NCBI GenBank assembly: GCA_034669505.1
Contig: JAXDNJ010000031.1
Span: forward strand, 6,421 to 70,420
DNA: 64,000 nucleotides
Direction: 5' to 3'
From: Methylobacteriaceae bacterium
Lineage (GTDB): Bacteria; Pseudomonadota; Alphaproteobacteria; Rhizobiales; Beijerinckiaceae
The stretch's first letter is position 1. Each line of letters begins with the position of its first letter. Shown here one piece after another: positions 9,958 to 18,931 of this stretch. Under the pieces are notes generated by a model. It saw only the letters and a program-made list of their open reading frames with translations, searched no databases and was not told the origin of the DNA. A program made the position numbers and the translations under genes.

Positions 9958-10254
9958 ATGATCGCTTTCAATGCTGTTCGGTTTCGAGTGAAGCCGGGGC
10001 GCGATCAGGATTTTCTGAATGCCCACAAGCACATTGGTGAAACGTGGCCTGGCCTCATGCACGCCAACATTATTAAGACCGGTGAGCGGTCCTACTGCAT
10101 CATCGCTGAGTGGAAAGACATGGAGGCGTGCATTGAGGCGCGGCCGAACATGATCACCACCCTCAATTCTTTTCGCGATACGCTCGAAGACCTCGGGGGC
10201 GGTCTCGGCGTCACCGATCCGGTGGCGGGTTCGGTCGTCTTAGCGCCGAAGTAG
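9958..10254 (+). CDS. ABM-like (dimeric alpha/beta barrel) small protein
   Basis: 98 aa. AGGAGG lies upstream. The length and the AEWKDMEA...F pattern resemble antibiotic-biosynthesis-monooxygenase-like proteins. This is a weak call. Confidence 0.5.
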   Translation: MIAFNAVRFRVKPGRDQDFLNAHKHIGETWPGLMHANIIKTGERSYCIIAEWKDMEACIEARPNMITTLNSFRDTLEDLGGGLGVTDPVAGSVVLAPK

Positions 10255-10312
10255 TTCGTGGGACCCGGAACCAGTTTCCCTCGACCATTCGCATGCGTCT
10301 GAGGAGGTTGCG

Positions 10313-10453
10313 ATGAACCTTGACGGCATAACCGCAGCGCTCTCGAGCCGCGACATGGCGACAATCGAGGAAGCCTTCCTAGCGCTCGCCAGTTGTTCGA
10401 AATTGCGTGAACTGAACGTAAACTGCCTGTTACTGCCCGGCCACTCAGTCTAG
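10313..10453 (+). CDS. Small ORF (46 aa), hypothetical
   Basis: Not in the track (under 60 aa). A strong GAGGAGG lies 6 nt upstream of ATG 10313. It could also be a gene fragment. Confidence 0.25.
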   Translation: MNLDGITAALSSRDMATIEEAFLALASCSKLRELNVNCLLLPGHSV

Positions 10454-10511
10454 CTCGGAAACAATAGGCTGCTTGATCCATTTCCATCATGTATGAATCA
10501 GGAGTCTCGAC

Positions 10512-10748
10512 GTGACAAATCGGATAGCAATTTTAGCGCTCTCGGCAGCAGCAATCCTCGGCGCCTCTCAGGTGGCTTACGCAAGGGGCCTCGGTAGCTT
10601 TCGCAGCAGCGGCATCCCAAACGCAAGAATGTACTCGCACAATGGAGGCTCCGACCCCTTCAGAAATTCACTAAGATCGGGAACGTCCAGAACCTCCATC
10701 ACGACGGGAGAGGCAGGGAGAGCCGGGCTTATGTTAGGTTTACACTAG
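10512..10748 (+). CDS. Small secreted hypothetical protein
   Basis: GTG start preceded by AGGAG. Signal peptide MTNRIAILALSAAAILGASQVAYA. Confidence 0.4.
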   Translation: MTNRIAILALSAAAILGASQVAYARGLGSFRSSGIPNARMYSHNGGSDPFRNSLRSGTSRTSITTGEAGRAGLMLGLH

Positions 10749-10874
10749 CGGCCACCGGAGCTTACGGCTTAATAGTGATCATGCCCCTTGACCCTCCTTC
10801 GCCGACGGCGCGGCTACCGTTCTCGACAGCCGGCAAATTTGGCCTGATCATTCCGCCATGATCTTCCGGGTTCA

Positions 10875-11153
10875 GTGAGGGGATATGCAGGCGACTTGTC
10901 CAATTTGTGGAAACCCCGCCGAGCGAGGAACGGATGCATCGCCGTCCACAGCGAAGCCGCCATCCGCGGTGGCGCTTCAAAGGAAGAGATTGCGGAAGCG
11001 CTTGGCGTCGCCGTTGCCATAAACGCCGGTGCGGCGCTCGTCTACTCGACGCGCGTGATGGATGCGGTCAGAGAATATCTGCACGAGGTAAGCACGACTA
11101 AGCCCAGTGCAACGTCGTCCGCGACGAGCAACGCAAGCTATATTTCAGGGTAA
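10875..11153 (+). pseudogene. Carboxymuconolactone decarboxylase (AhpD-like) family, C-terminal fragment
   Basis: GCIAVHSEAAIRGGASKEEIAEALGVAVAINAGAALVYSTRVMDAV is the conserved CMD core and C-terminus. The N-terminal half is not found in frame. Confidence 0.55.
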
Positions 11154-11200
11154 GACGGGCGTGCTTATTTTGCCGCAACGGCACACGACAGGAGTAGCTA

Positions 11201-12326
11201 ATGCAGGACCACGACCTGCAACCATGGGAGCAGCTGACGCGACGGCGTGTGCTGGGTGGAATTGGACTCGGCAGCCTGGCGCTAATATCCTCACCGGCAT
11301 TGGCGCAACAGACGGTCGATCTACGCGTGCCCGACGGTCCGAGTACGCGGAGAATCACCACATCGTATCCGCAAAAGGGCCGAATGATCTTGCAGCGTTG
11401 GAGCCCACCATGGCTTGAGACGCCCTTCGAAGTCTTCGACAATGGCGTGTTCACCCCAAACGACCAGCATTATGTCAGCTGGCACTGGGCGAACTTTCCT
11501 AGCGAAATTGATGTGGACAGCTTTCGTCTGACGGTGCGGGGCCAAGTCAATCAGACACTTTCGCTCTCGCTCAACGAAAGTTTGCAGGGCTTGCCGAGAG
11601 TCGATATCGCCGCGGTCGACCAATGCGCCGGCGCTTCTCGCATCTACGCCGTTCCACGCGTTGCCGGCGCTCAATGGGCAAACGGTTCGATGAGCAACGC
11701 AATCTGGACCGGTGTGCGTCTCATGGACGTTCTTGATCGTGCCGGTGTAAACCTAGTGCCATTCAAGTCCGCTTCGGTGGCCCGGACGAGCCCATAATTC
11801 CGGAGGCGCCGAAATTCCTAAAGTCGCTCACAATCGACCACGCTCGCGACGGTGAGGTGATGATCGCTTTTGCTATGAACGGCGAGCAACTTCCATCGTT
11901 GAATGGATTTCCGCTGCGGCTCGTTGTGCCCGGCTGGTGCGCGGTCTACTGGATCAAGATGCTGAACGACATCGAGGTGCTGGATCAACCCGACACCAAT
12001 TACTGGACGGCGACCGGCTACCGCGTACCCGATACCCCGCATAATACCTCAAGCGAGGGGATGCGGGATACAAGATGATGCCGGTGACCCGCAATGCTCC
12101 GCGGTCATCCATCACGAGTATCCACGACGGCGATAGCGTACCGGCGGGGACGCCGACTTCGGCTCGGGGCATTGCCTTTGGCGGCGATTGCGGCGTTGCC
12201 CGCGTTGATCTTTCGATCGATGGCGGCAAGAGCTGGCAACCGACAGAGCTCGGGGCCGACCAGGGGACATACGGGTTTCGGCAGTGGCAGACACACTTTA
12301 CGCTGCCTGAGCGCGGCGCGCGCTGA
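11201..12326 (+). pseudogene. Sulfite-oxidase-like molybdopterin oxidoreductase (SorA/YedY superfamily), at least two frameshifts and a truncated 3' end
   Basis: Tat signal TRRRVLGG. The protein is split over three frames: 11201-11797, about 11755-12078 (AIQVRFGGPDEPIIPEAPKFLKSLTIDHARDGEVMIAFAMNGEQLPSLNGFPLRLVVPGW) and 12075-12326 (MMPVTRNAPRS...GIAFGGDCGVARVDLSIDGGKSWQ). The frame changes lie near 11750-11760 and 12040-12075. Confidence 0.8.
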
Positions 12327-12472
12327 CCTGGACAGGCCGGACTCCGGACGAGCCGAGTGACGAGCCAGCGACGGATGAGATGGTGCGCGCCCGTCTTGGC
12401 CGACTTGTGGGTCTCGGCGCAACAGCTCGCCCGGCTGCGCCTGAACCCCAGGCGAGCATGGCGCAGAATCTG

Positions 12473-13954
12473 TCAAATGCCGGAAGTCATGCGGTCGACT
12501 CGAACGCGGGCAGCCGGGTCGCCTAGCACGGTGTAGTTTCTAACGTCGTCGCGCGCGATCCAAAGGTGCGCAAGCTCCTTGCCGGTTGCGCTTTGTGTTT
12601 GGAAATCCCTCAGCTTGTCCGCGATCGGCACACTCAGTGCGGCCCACTGGGCATTGAATTGGTCGAGCGCGTTGCCCACACGCGAGCCTTGCATGATCCT
12701 GGTCAGGACGTCCCGTATCGGCGCGCTCTGCGGCTTCCCATTCGGCGTGCGAAACGAGTATGACCATGCACGATCGACGTGCGCCACCACGCACATCGCT
12801 CCCCTGCTCAAGATCGCTTGCGGCAGCTGCGACATGCCGGGGCGATCTGCGATTTGTTGCGCTGTCCCATCTGGCCCGTCCCGAAACGTATCGAAACTCT
12901 CCCAGCCGCCGCCGTAGCAGGCGAAAAGAAAGTGAACCATGCCGTTCAGGCGGAGGTCGGCGGGAACGTCGGATGCTGAAAACCAATCGTCCTCTTTGAT
13001 CGCGCCAAACCCTTCCCAATCTTGACACACCAGGGCGCCCTGACAGGCGGCCTGCCGAGGGTTTCCCTTTCGAAACGACATGCCGTGCGTACCGGAGAAA
13101 AGGAGCGCCGGTGCACCGGCGCCATCGCCGCGCATGGCGCCGAGCAACCCTGCCTTTGTCGCGTTCGCTCCCATAACGGGCGCCACCGAGAACCCTTGCT
13201 TCCGGCCCAACGGACGCGCGGCGCCCGTGGTATCCAGAAAGGGTGCTGCCACGTCGCGCGTGAACATAGAGGTAGCCCCGTCACCTGGATGCTCAGTCGC
13301 AAAGAGCGCAGCTCGCTTGCTGGTTTGCGGAAGAACTTCTGTTGTCTCGTACTCGACGATCGCGGCTGCATAACGCGAATAATCGTCGAGGTTTTCGAAG
13401 TGCAATCTCCCAACCGCCCAGAAGATGTCGAGAAGATACTGGAAAGACATCGGTATCGCGTCGGGAGGGGCCACGATCATAATGTAGAAGGGCACGCCGC
13501 GGGTCGGGTCGACGGCTGCCAGGCCTGGCCCCTCGCCTTGCCTGGCGAGCCAATCCGTCGCGCTCTCGCCGCGCTGGACACCTTGAGTTCCCTCGAACAC
13601 GTGGAACAGCGCTCCAGCCTCTTGCTTGCGCCTTTCGAGCAACGGGGCAAGCGCCTCCTTGATCGGTCCCGCTTCGAAGTCTGCGGGAAACAGAATGCCC
13701 CATCCGGCTTGGTCCAGCTCTTCAGGGTTGTCGACACTCGAGTCCACACCGAAACTCTCCAACCCTGCCCCAGGACCAGGATTGCGAAGGGAAAGTTTTT
13801 CTGCCTCGGTTTTCGCGTGAGAGCCCGCGGCGACGGCAGCTATGCGGCTGCCCGCATCATCTCCAGGCAAGGGCAAGGGGCGGCCCGTCTCCGCCTCGAT
13901 ACCGTTAACGTGCAGCTCACCGCCATTTGGAACCGCGCCACCCTCGCCTGCCAT
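12473..13954 (-). CDS. Hypothetical protein with clan CD (gingipain C25 / caspase-like) cysteine peptidase signature
   Basis: AGGAGG lies 5 nt upstream of ATG 13954. A hydrophobic strand is followed by His-Gly (ALLFSGTHG; His290 at 13085-13087). A second hydrophobic strand is followed by Ala-Cys (VHFLFACYGGG; Cys346 at 12917-12919), 56 aa later. The C-terminal YTVLGDPAARV resembles the C25 LLGDP motif. Confidence 0.55.
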   Translation of the reverse strand: MAGEGGAVPNGGELHVNGIEAETGRPLPLPGDDAGSRIAAVAAGSHAKTEAEKLSLRNPGPGAGLESFGVDSSVDNPEELDQAGWGILFPADFEAGPIKEALAPLLERRKQEAGALFHVFEGTQGVQRGESATDWLARQGEGPGLAAVDPTRGVPFYIMIVAPPDAIPMSFQYLLDIFWAVGRLHFENLDDYSRYAAAIVEYETTEVLPQTSKRAALFATEHPGDGATSMFTRDVAAPFLDTTGAARPLGRKQGFSVAPVMGANATKAGLLGAMRGDGAGAPALLFSGTHGMSFRKGNPRQAACQGALVCQDWEGFGAIKEDDWFSASDVPADLRLNGMVHFLFACYGGGWESFDTFRDGPDGTAQQIADRPGMSQLPQAILSRGAMCVVAHVDRAWSYSFRTPNGKPQSAPIRDVLTRIMQGSRVGNALDQFNAQWAALSVPIADKLRDFQTQSATGKELAHLWIARDDVRNYTVLGDPAARVRVDRMTSGI

Positions 13955-14122
13955 AGTTTCCTCCTGCCCCGCTAAGTGCCGCCACCGAGACCAGCTGCGC
14001 CAGTTTACAGCTACCCAAATGCAAACGTAAGTAGCATAACGTCAAGCGGCGCGGAGCGGCCAGCATTTTCGAAGTCGGAGCATAGGCTGGATTTCACCGC
14101 GCCTACGCGAATGGAGGATGAA

Positions 14123-15043
14123 ATGAGTGGTAATATATACAAGCTCCACCGCTCAGGCGAGATGTCCCGGCGTCGCGCACTCGAGCTCGCATTCGCGCTT
14201 GCTGTGGGAGGCACCCCTCGGCTGGCGATGGCTCAGCGGCAACCAGAGCCTCCCCCGTGTCCCCCCAATATCGGACAGCACAACATGATGGTCGTTGGGG
14301 TACGATCGGTGTTCCTATCGCACCTCCCAATGTTCGTTGGTTTGTGCCACGACCGGGCGCACTTCAATACGGAACACCGCTTCCAGCTTATATTACAGGT
14401 CACCTTTGAGGAGCCGCGGACGACGCGTGACCTGACAGAAATATATAAGCAGGACCGGCTGCGGCATCCGGACATGCGGATGTATTCGTTGGAACCCAGT
14501 GAGCAGTTCGCGCTGGCTGAACTTTTTTCACCGCCTACTTCTGCCGAGCCACGTAGATCTTTCCCAGCCCAAGTGTTCCAGGGTCATTTAGAGCGGGGTG
14601 GAGAAAAGATCCGTGGGCTCAGCGGCATCACCCTTCGTATCAAGCGCGTTGTGCATGCGCACGAGTTCCATCGCGAGGACAAGCGCGCTGAAGACCTTGA
14701 ATACATCCTGTTCGGCACACCTGATGAGCTATTCATGGCACATCGTATACTCGCGCCGGGTGACTTCGATCAGCTTCTCTCGGTCAGAATTCCAGACCAG
14801 CAATTCTCGGATGCCGATCTAAGCCAAGGACTTCAAATCACTCTGCCAGGGCACCCCAATGCGTCTTCTGGCCGACTCCGGGGAGGTCAGAAAATTCCCG
14901 CGCAGCTCGTGCGGCCTGATGCGCAAGGACGCAATATGATATTGCAGCCGCTTCGTGAGCTGTACTTTGAGGAGAGCGAACTGGCGATACCGCCGTCGTT
15001 CGATGCCACGCAGGAAGAGCGCGATGCCGGGTTCGAACACTGA
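14123..15043 (+). CDS. Hypothetical exported protein (Tat-like signal)
   Basis: GGAGGA lies 5 nt upstream of ATG 14123. The N-terminus is MSGNIYKLHRSGEMSRRRALELAFALAVGGTPRLAMAQ. No known domain was recognised. It is divergent from the clan-CD-like gene. Confidence 0.65.
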   Translation: MSGNIYKLHRSGEMSRRRALELAFALAVGGTPRLAMAQRQPEPPPCPPNIGQHNMMVVGVRSVFLSHLPMFVGLCHDRAHFNTEHRFQLILQVTFEEPRTTRDLTEIYKQDRLRHPDMRMYSLEPSEQFALAELFSPPTSAEPRRSFPAQVFQGHLERGGEKIRGLSGITLRIKRVVHAHEFHREDKRAEDLEYILFGTPDELFMAHRILAPGDFDQLLSVRIPDQQFSDADLSQGLQITLPGHPNASSGRLRGGQKIPAQLVRPDAQGRNMILQPLRELYFEESELAIPPSFDATQEERDAGFEH

Positions 15044-15248
15044 ATTTAATTAGTTTTCCCGCGGGCAAACGCGGTTCGCCGGCTCCGCTCAGCCGATGGG
15101 CCGGGCCGCACACTGACGCGCGACATTTCAGTTCGTGCTGCCTTTGCCGGACGCAGGTGCCTAGGGGCCGTGTCGTTTTGAGGGCCGGGAGGATTTCGTG
15201 TACGTTGTCTATCGGGCTGCTCGCCACTCGAACGCGCCGGTCTGACAA

Positions 15249-15902
15249 GTGAAGGAAGAGAAGAAGAAGGACTCGCCGCCGGTCGTCCTCGTCATCGACG
15301 ATGACGAGTCTGTGCGAGTTGCGTTGACGAATCTGTTCCGCTCGATGCATTTCCATGTGCAGGTGTTCGGCTCGGCACCTGAACTGATCGCAAGCAAGCT
15401 CCCAGACGCCGCGAGCTGCCTCGTTCTCGACATTCGGCTGCCGGGCGTAAACGGCCTCGAGTTCCAGGGGGAACTGGTCAAGGCGGGCATTCATCTGCCC
15501 ATCGTCTTCATGACGGGGCATGGTGACATTCCCATGTCGGTCAAAGCGATGAAAGCTGGCGCCATCGACTTCCTGACGAAGCCGTTCCGCGATCAGGACA
15601 TGCTGGACGCCGTGACACGGGCGCTTCAGCACGATCGCGAGCGGCGCGACGGCGAAGAAAGCAAATCGAAGCTGCGGCGTCTTTTCGAGTCTTTGACGCC
15701 GCGTGAACGCGAAGTGATGACCCTCGTGACGAAGGGGCTGATGAACAAGCAGATCGCAGGTGAGCTGCGCGTTAGCGAAATCACGGTGAAAATTCACCGC
15801 GGACAGGTGATGCGGAAAATGGAAGCGAGGTCTCTGGCAGATCTCGTGAGAATGGCCGCGGGGCTGGACCTTCACCGTGCTAAGATGGGGATGCAAACCT
15901 AA
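15249..15902 (+). CDS. FixJ/NarL (LuxR-HTH) family response regulator
   Basis: REC domain (VLVIDDDESVR, LVLDIRLPGVNG, TKP) followed by a LuxR HTH (LTPREREVMTLVTKGLMNKQIAGELRVSEITVKIHR). Confidence 0.9.
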   Translation: MKEEKKKDSPPVVLVIDDDESVRVALTNLFRSMHFHVQVFGSAPELIASKLPDAASCLVLDIRLPGVNGLEFQGELVKAGIHLPIVFMTGHGDIPMSVKAMKAGAIDFLTKPFRDQDMLDAVTRALQHDRERRDGEESKSKLRRLFESLTPREREVMTLVTKGLMNKQIAGELRVSEITVKIHRGQVMRKMEARSLADLVRMAAGLDLHRAKMGMQT

Positions 15903-15990
15903 GTATGATTTTCAGGCTTGATTTTAGGAGGCAATGTGAATCGGTGACGCTCCAATGATCGGGATAGCGTTCCCCTGAAGGACCGCCTCG

Positions 15991-16392
15991 TTGTCTGCCT
16001 TGTCTAAAATTCCTGTGATTTCAATTATCGACGACGACGCATCCGTCCGTACGGCGACGCAAAACCTCATAAGGTCGCTGGGATATAAGGTCCATATGTT
16101 TGCTTCGGCAGAAGCGTTTCTGGAGTCCCAGCAAATCGATGCGACTTCCTGCGTGATTGCCGACGTCCAAATGCCGGGCATGAACGGTGTGGAGCTGCAG
16201 TCTCACCTGCGCGCCAGGGGCTCTTGTGTGCCCTTCATCTTCATCAGCGCCTTTCCGGAAGAAGCAATTCGTCAGCGCGCCCTCCGGGACGGTGCCATTT
16301 GCTTTCTAAGCAAGCCGTTCGATGGCTGCGTTCTGATCGACCATCTCAACATGGCGCTCGTCGAGGGCGGTGGCGAAACGAAAAAACAATAG
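15991..16392 (+). CDS. Single-domain response regulator (REC only)
   Basis: ISIIDDDASVR, VIADVQMPGMNG and FLSKPF. There is no output domain. The start (TTG 15991 or GTG 16015) is uncertain. Confidence 0.85.
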   Translation: MSALSKIPVISIIDDDASVRTATQNLIRSLGYKVHMFASAEAFLESQQIDATSCVIADVQMPGMNGVELQSHLRARGSCVPFIFISAFPEEAIRQRALRDGAICFLSKPFDGCVLIDHLNMALVEGGGETKKQ

Positions 16393-16451
16393 TTCGCTTC
16401 CGGCGCGTTCGCCAGCCGAGAAGCAAGTTCAAGGTCAAAGCTGCAAAAAAG

Positions 16452-16477
16452 GGGCCGGTGGCTTTCGCCACCGGCCC
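16452..16477 (-). terminator. Rho-independent terminator-like hairpin oriented for the minus strand
   Basis: GGGCCGGTGGC-tttc-GCCACCGGCCC is preceded on the plus strand by AAAAAA (16445-16450), which reads as a U-tract on the minus strand. No convincing minus-strand gene lies upstream of it. Confidence 0.5.
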
Positions 16478-16943
16478 AACTCGCCTGCGTCAGAGCGATC
16501 CGGGGAGGAGCAGATCGCGAAGCTCACCGAGGCGGAGGACAGGGAACAGGACCGAGCCTCGGCGAGTGATGCCGGCGGTATCGAAACGAGACTTGAAATT
16601 CCGTTCCGATCACCCGTCCTTTATACCGTAGTGGCGGCACGTGCGCTGGAGCGCATTTGCCGCCTTTCGTCCAAACTTGCACCGAATCGTGCCAGTCCTC
16701 CGCCGCTTTTTCGGCGAGGCAAACGCATTCGCACCGCGGGCGGCAATTCGCCGCCATCCAAGTGGCACTCAAGGATTTCTGACTGCACGCATGATTTCTA
16801 AACCTAGGTATAGGTTTTTCGACCCGGAACCAAACCTAAGTGCGATAGAGGGAACGGACGGCGATCTCATAGTCTGCGTTCACGGAAAACAGAAGAGCGG
16901 AAGCGACCGCGGCTCCGAAACCTGAACGCGAGGCTCGATTGTC

Positions 16944-17978
16944 ATGTTGACCAATTCCTTGGCGCATCGTTCCACAACATCACGACTATTCGACGGAGGT
17001 CCTGTCCACCTTCCAATCTACCCTGCCGCGGCATCACCCCCCCGGCTCGTCCGCATCGACTCGGCCAGACGTTTCGATTTGTCCAACCGTGAGCCCTCGA
17101 TCGGCACTTTGTCACCAACGGTAGATGTCGCACCGCACCGCCTCGTTGCGCGTCGTGGGATGAAATGGCGCGGCATGGGCGTCGAGTTCGTTCAGGCGAC
17201 GAGCCACGACCGAATCGAATACAGCTTCCGCTCGCCGGTGCACCTGCTGGCCGTATACCAGCATGGGTCGCGACGCGACGGAGAATCGTACGTCGAAGGC
17301 TTGCCGCGATCGACGCTACGTGATGTGACCAAGAAGCTCATATTTGCGCCGGCGGATCATCAGTATCGGGAATGGTACGATCCGCGCACGTTGCCAGGCG
17401 TGATGTATTTCTACTTCGACCCTGCGGAGCTGCGGGAGCACTTCGAAGCGGCCGATATGGATATGAAGTTTGCGCCGCGGCTGTTCTTCGAAGATGCGAC
17501 GATCTGGAGCACCGCGGCGAAGCTAAAGCAGGCCATCGATGCGCGCGACGCCGACAACCAGCTCTATCTCGAGGCGCTGGGCGTCGTTCTGGTGCATGAA
17601 CTGATCCGTCTTAATCGCGGAGCTCCGCGCACCGAAACTCTCGTCCGTGGCGGACTTGCCGCGTGGCAACAGCGGATCGTAACCGCTTACATCGACGAAC
17701 ACCTGCGCGAGCAGATATCGCTCGCGACTCTCGCAGGTCTCGCCCGGTTGAGCACTTATTACTTCTGCCGCGCGTTCAAGCAGTCATTCGGCATTCCGCC
17801 GCATCGTTATCACACCAACCGGCGTATCGAGCAGGCGAAGGTCATGTTGGCTGCCCGCAAGCATTCCGTGACGGACGTCGGCCTAACTCTCGGGTTTAGC
17901 GACACGAGCTCCTTCACCGCCGCGTTCCGGAAGATGGCCGGACAGACGCCGAGCACCTATCAACGCAGCCTTGCGTAA
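16944..17978 (+). CDS. AraC family transcriptional regulator
   Basis: C-terminal double HTH: LATLAGLARLSTYYFCRAFKQSFGIPPHRYHTNRRIEQAKVML and VTDVGLTLGFSDTSSFTAAFRKMAGQTPSTYQR. Confidence 0.9.
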   Translation: MLTNSLAHRSTTSRLFDGGPVHLPIYPAAASPPRLVRIDSARRFDLSNREPSIGTLSPTVDVAPHRLVARRGMKWRGMGVEFVQATSHDRIEYSFRSPVHLLAVYQHGSRRDGESYVEGLPRSTLRDVTKKLIFAPADHQYREWYDPRTLPGVMYFYFDPAELREHFEAADMDMKFAPRLFFEDATIWSTAAKLKQAIDARDADNQLYLEALGVVLVHELIRLNRGAPRTETLVRGGLAAWQQRIVTAYIDEHLREQISLATLAGLARLSTYYFCRAFKQSFGIPPHRYHTNRRIEQAKVMLAARKHSVTDVGLTLGFSDTSSFTAAFRKMAGQTPSTYQRSLA

Positions 17979-18048
17979 GGGCGCGCGATTTCGCATCGCG
18001 CAGGCCCAGCAGAGGTGCTTAGCCCAAAACATCAGACGGAGGTGTGAG

Positions 18049-18522
18049 ATGACTGCTTCAGCCCATCTGCCTATGGACCCGAAGACTACGGCCCGTTTGC
18101 ACAACACCGCGGCTCCCTCTCGCACCAGGGAGTTCCGAGGTTTCGGCAACAAAGGCGATGCAGAGCACGGGCGGCTGCTGTTCCAACGAGCGGATGAGGC
18201 GGCGGCTTCGGGCGTGTATTATCCAGAAACACTGAAATTGATGCGCATGGCATTCGATCTCGCTTGGAAGTATGTGTTTTCGATGTTCGAGGATCAGGAA
18301 AGAGCACGCCAAATCCTCGCTGTTCAAATCCTCCACCATATCGATCGGGGCGAACACAATGCCGGGCGCCTTGCCACGTCCGCGGCCGATGACCTCATTG
18401 CGCTGGCAGGAGGGGCTTCCGATCGTGCTCATTCAAGCAGCCGAAGCACTTCCGCGAAAGCCTACACCAAGCGAAGTTTCGCCGATTATCGGGTTCACCA
18501 CACTGACAGGAGTATATCATGA
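18049..18522 (+). CDS. Hypothetical protein (157 aa)
   Basis: GGAGG lies 7 nt upstream of ATG 18049. No known motif. Confidence 0.4.
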   Translation: MTASAHLPMDPKTTARLHNTAAPSRTREFRGFGNKGDAEHGRLLFQRADEAAASGVYYPETLKLMRMAFDLAWKYVFSMFEDQERARQILAVQILHHIDRGEHNAGRLATSAADDLIALAGGASDRAHSSSRSTSAKAYTKRSFADYRVHHTDRSIS

Positions 18523-18635
18523 GACATCTCACCGTTGCGCTTGTCGCTTTCGCCCTCACGATAGGGCTCGCCAACGCTCGCGCTGCAGACTTCACGGCTC
18601 GGCCGAGCTCGTATGCCGCCGAGGCCGCCCAATAG
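18519..18635 (+). CDS. Small ORF (38 aa) with signal-peptide-like N-terminus
   Basis: Not in the track. AGGAG lies upstream of ATG 18519. The product is MRHLTVALVAFALTIGLANARAADFTARPSSYAAEAAQ. It overlaps the preceding stop (ATGA). Confidence 0.3.
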   Translation: MRHLTVALVAFALTIGLANARAADFTARPSSYAAEAAQ

Positions 18636-18696
18636 GCGTGCCGCGCTAATACCCTCAATCGAACTGTCCAACGTATCCGCTGAGCTGAGTTATCCA

Positions 18697-18930
18697 ATGC
18701 CCATTCATATCGTCGTCTTGGTTTGCGCGCTTCAGATGCAGCCCTCGGCTTGCACGACTGAAACCGCGATCGACGTCACACAGGGACCTCGTGTGGAAAG
18801 CGAGCTCATGTGCGGAAAATTGGGCCAAGCGGTGCTTGCCGGGACAGCAATCACGCCCCGGGCGGGTATCGAGTACGTAAAAGTCGCCTGCGTGCGGGAG
18901 CATCTCACGCCGCCAACTGGGTCAGACTAA
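18697..18930 (+). CDS. Small hypothetical protein (77 aa, 4 Cys)
   Basis: Internal Met of ORF 18613-18930 with a hydrophobic N-terminus MPIHIVVLVCAL. No known motif. Confidence 0.35.
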   Translation: MPIHIVVLVCALQMQPSACTTETAIDVTQGPRVESELMCGKLGQAVLAGTAITPRAGIEYVKVACVREHLTPPTGSD

Positions 18931-18931
18931 A

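Noticed and set aside
13022-13975. 317-aa plus-strand ORF
   Set aside because: It is antisense to the clan-CD-like gene, which has a strong RBS and coherent motifs.
14838-15896. 352-aa minus-strand ORF
   Set aside because: It is antisense to the FixJ-type response regulator and to the tail of the Tat-signal protein. It has no motifs and is His/Arg-rich.
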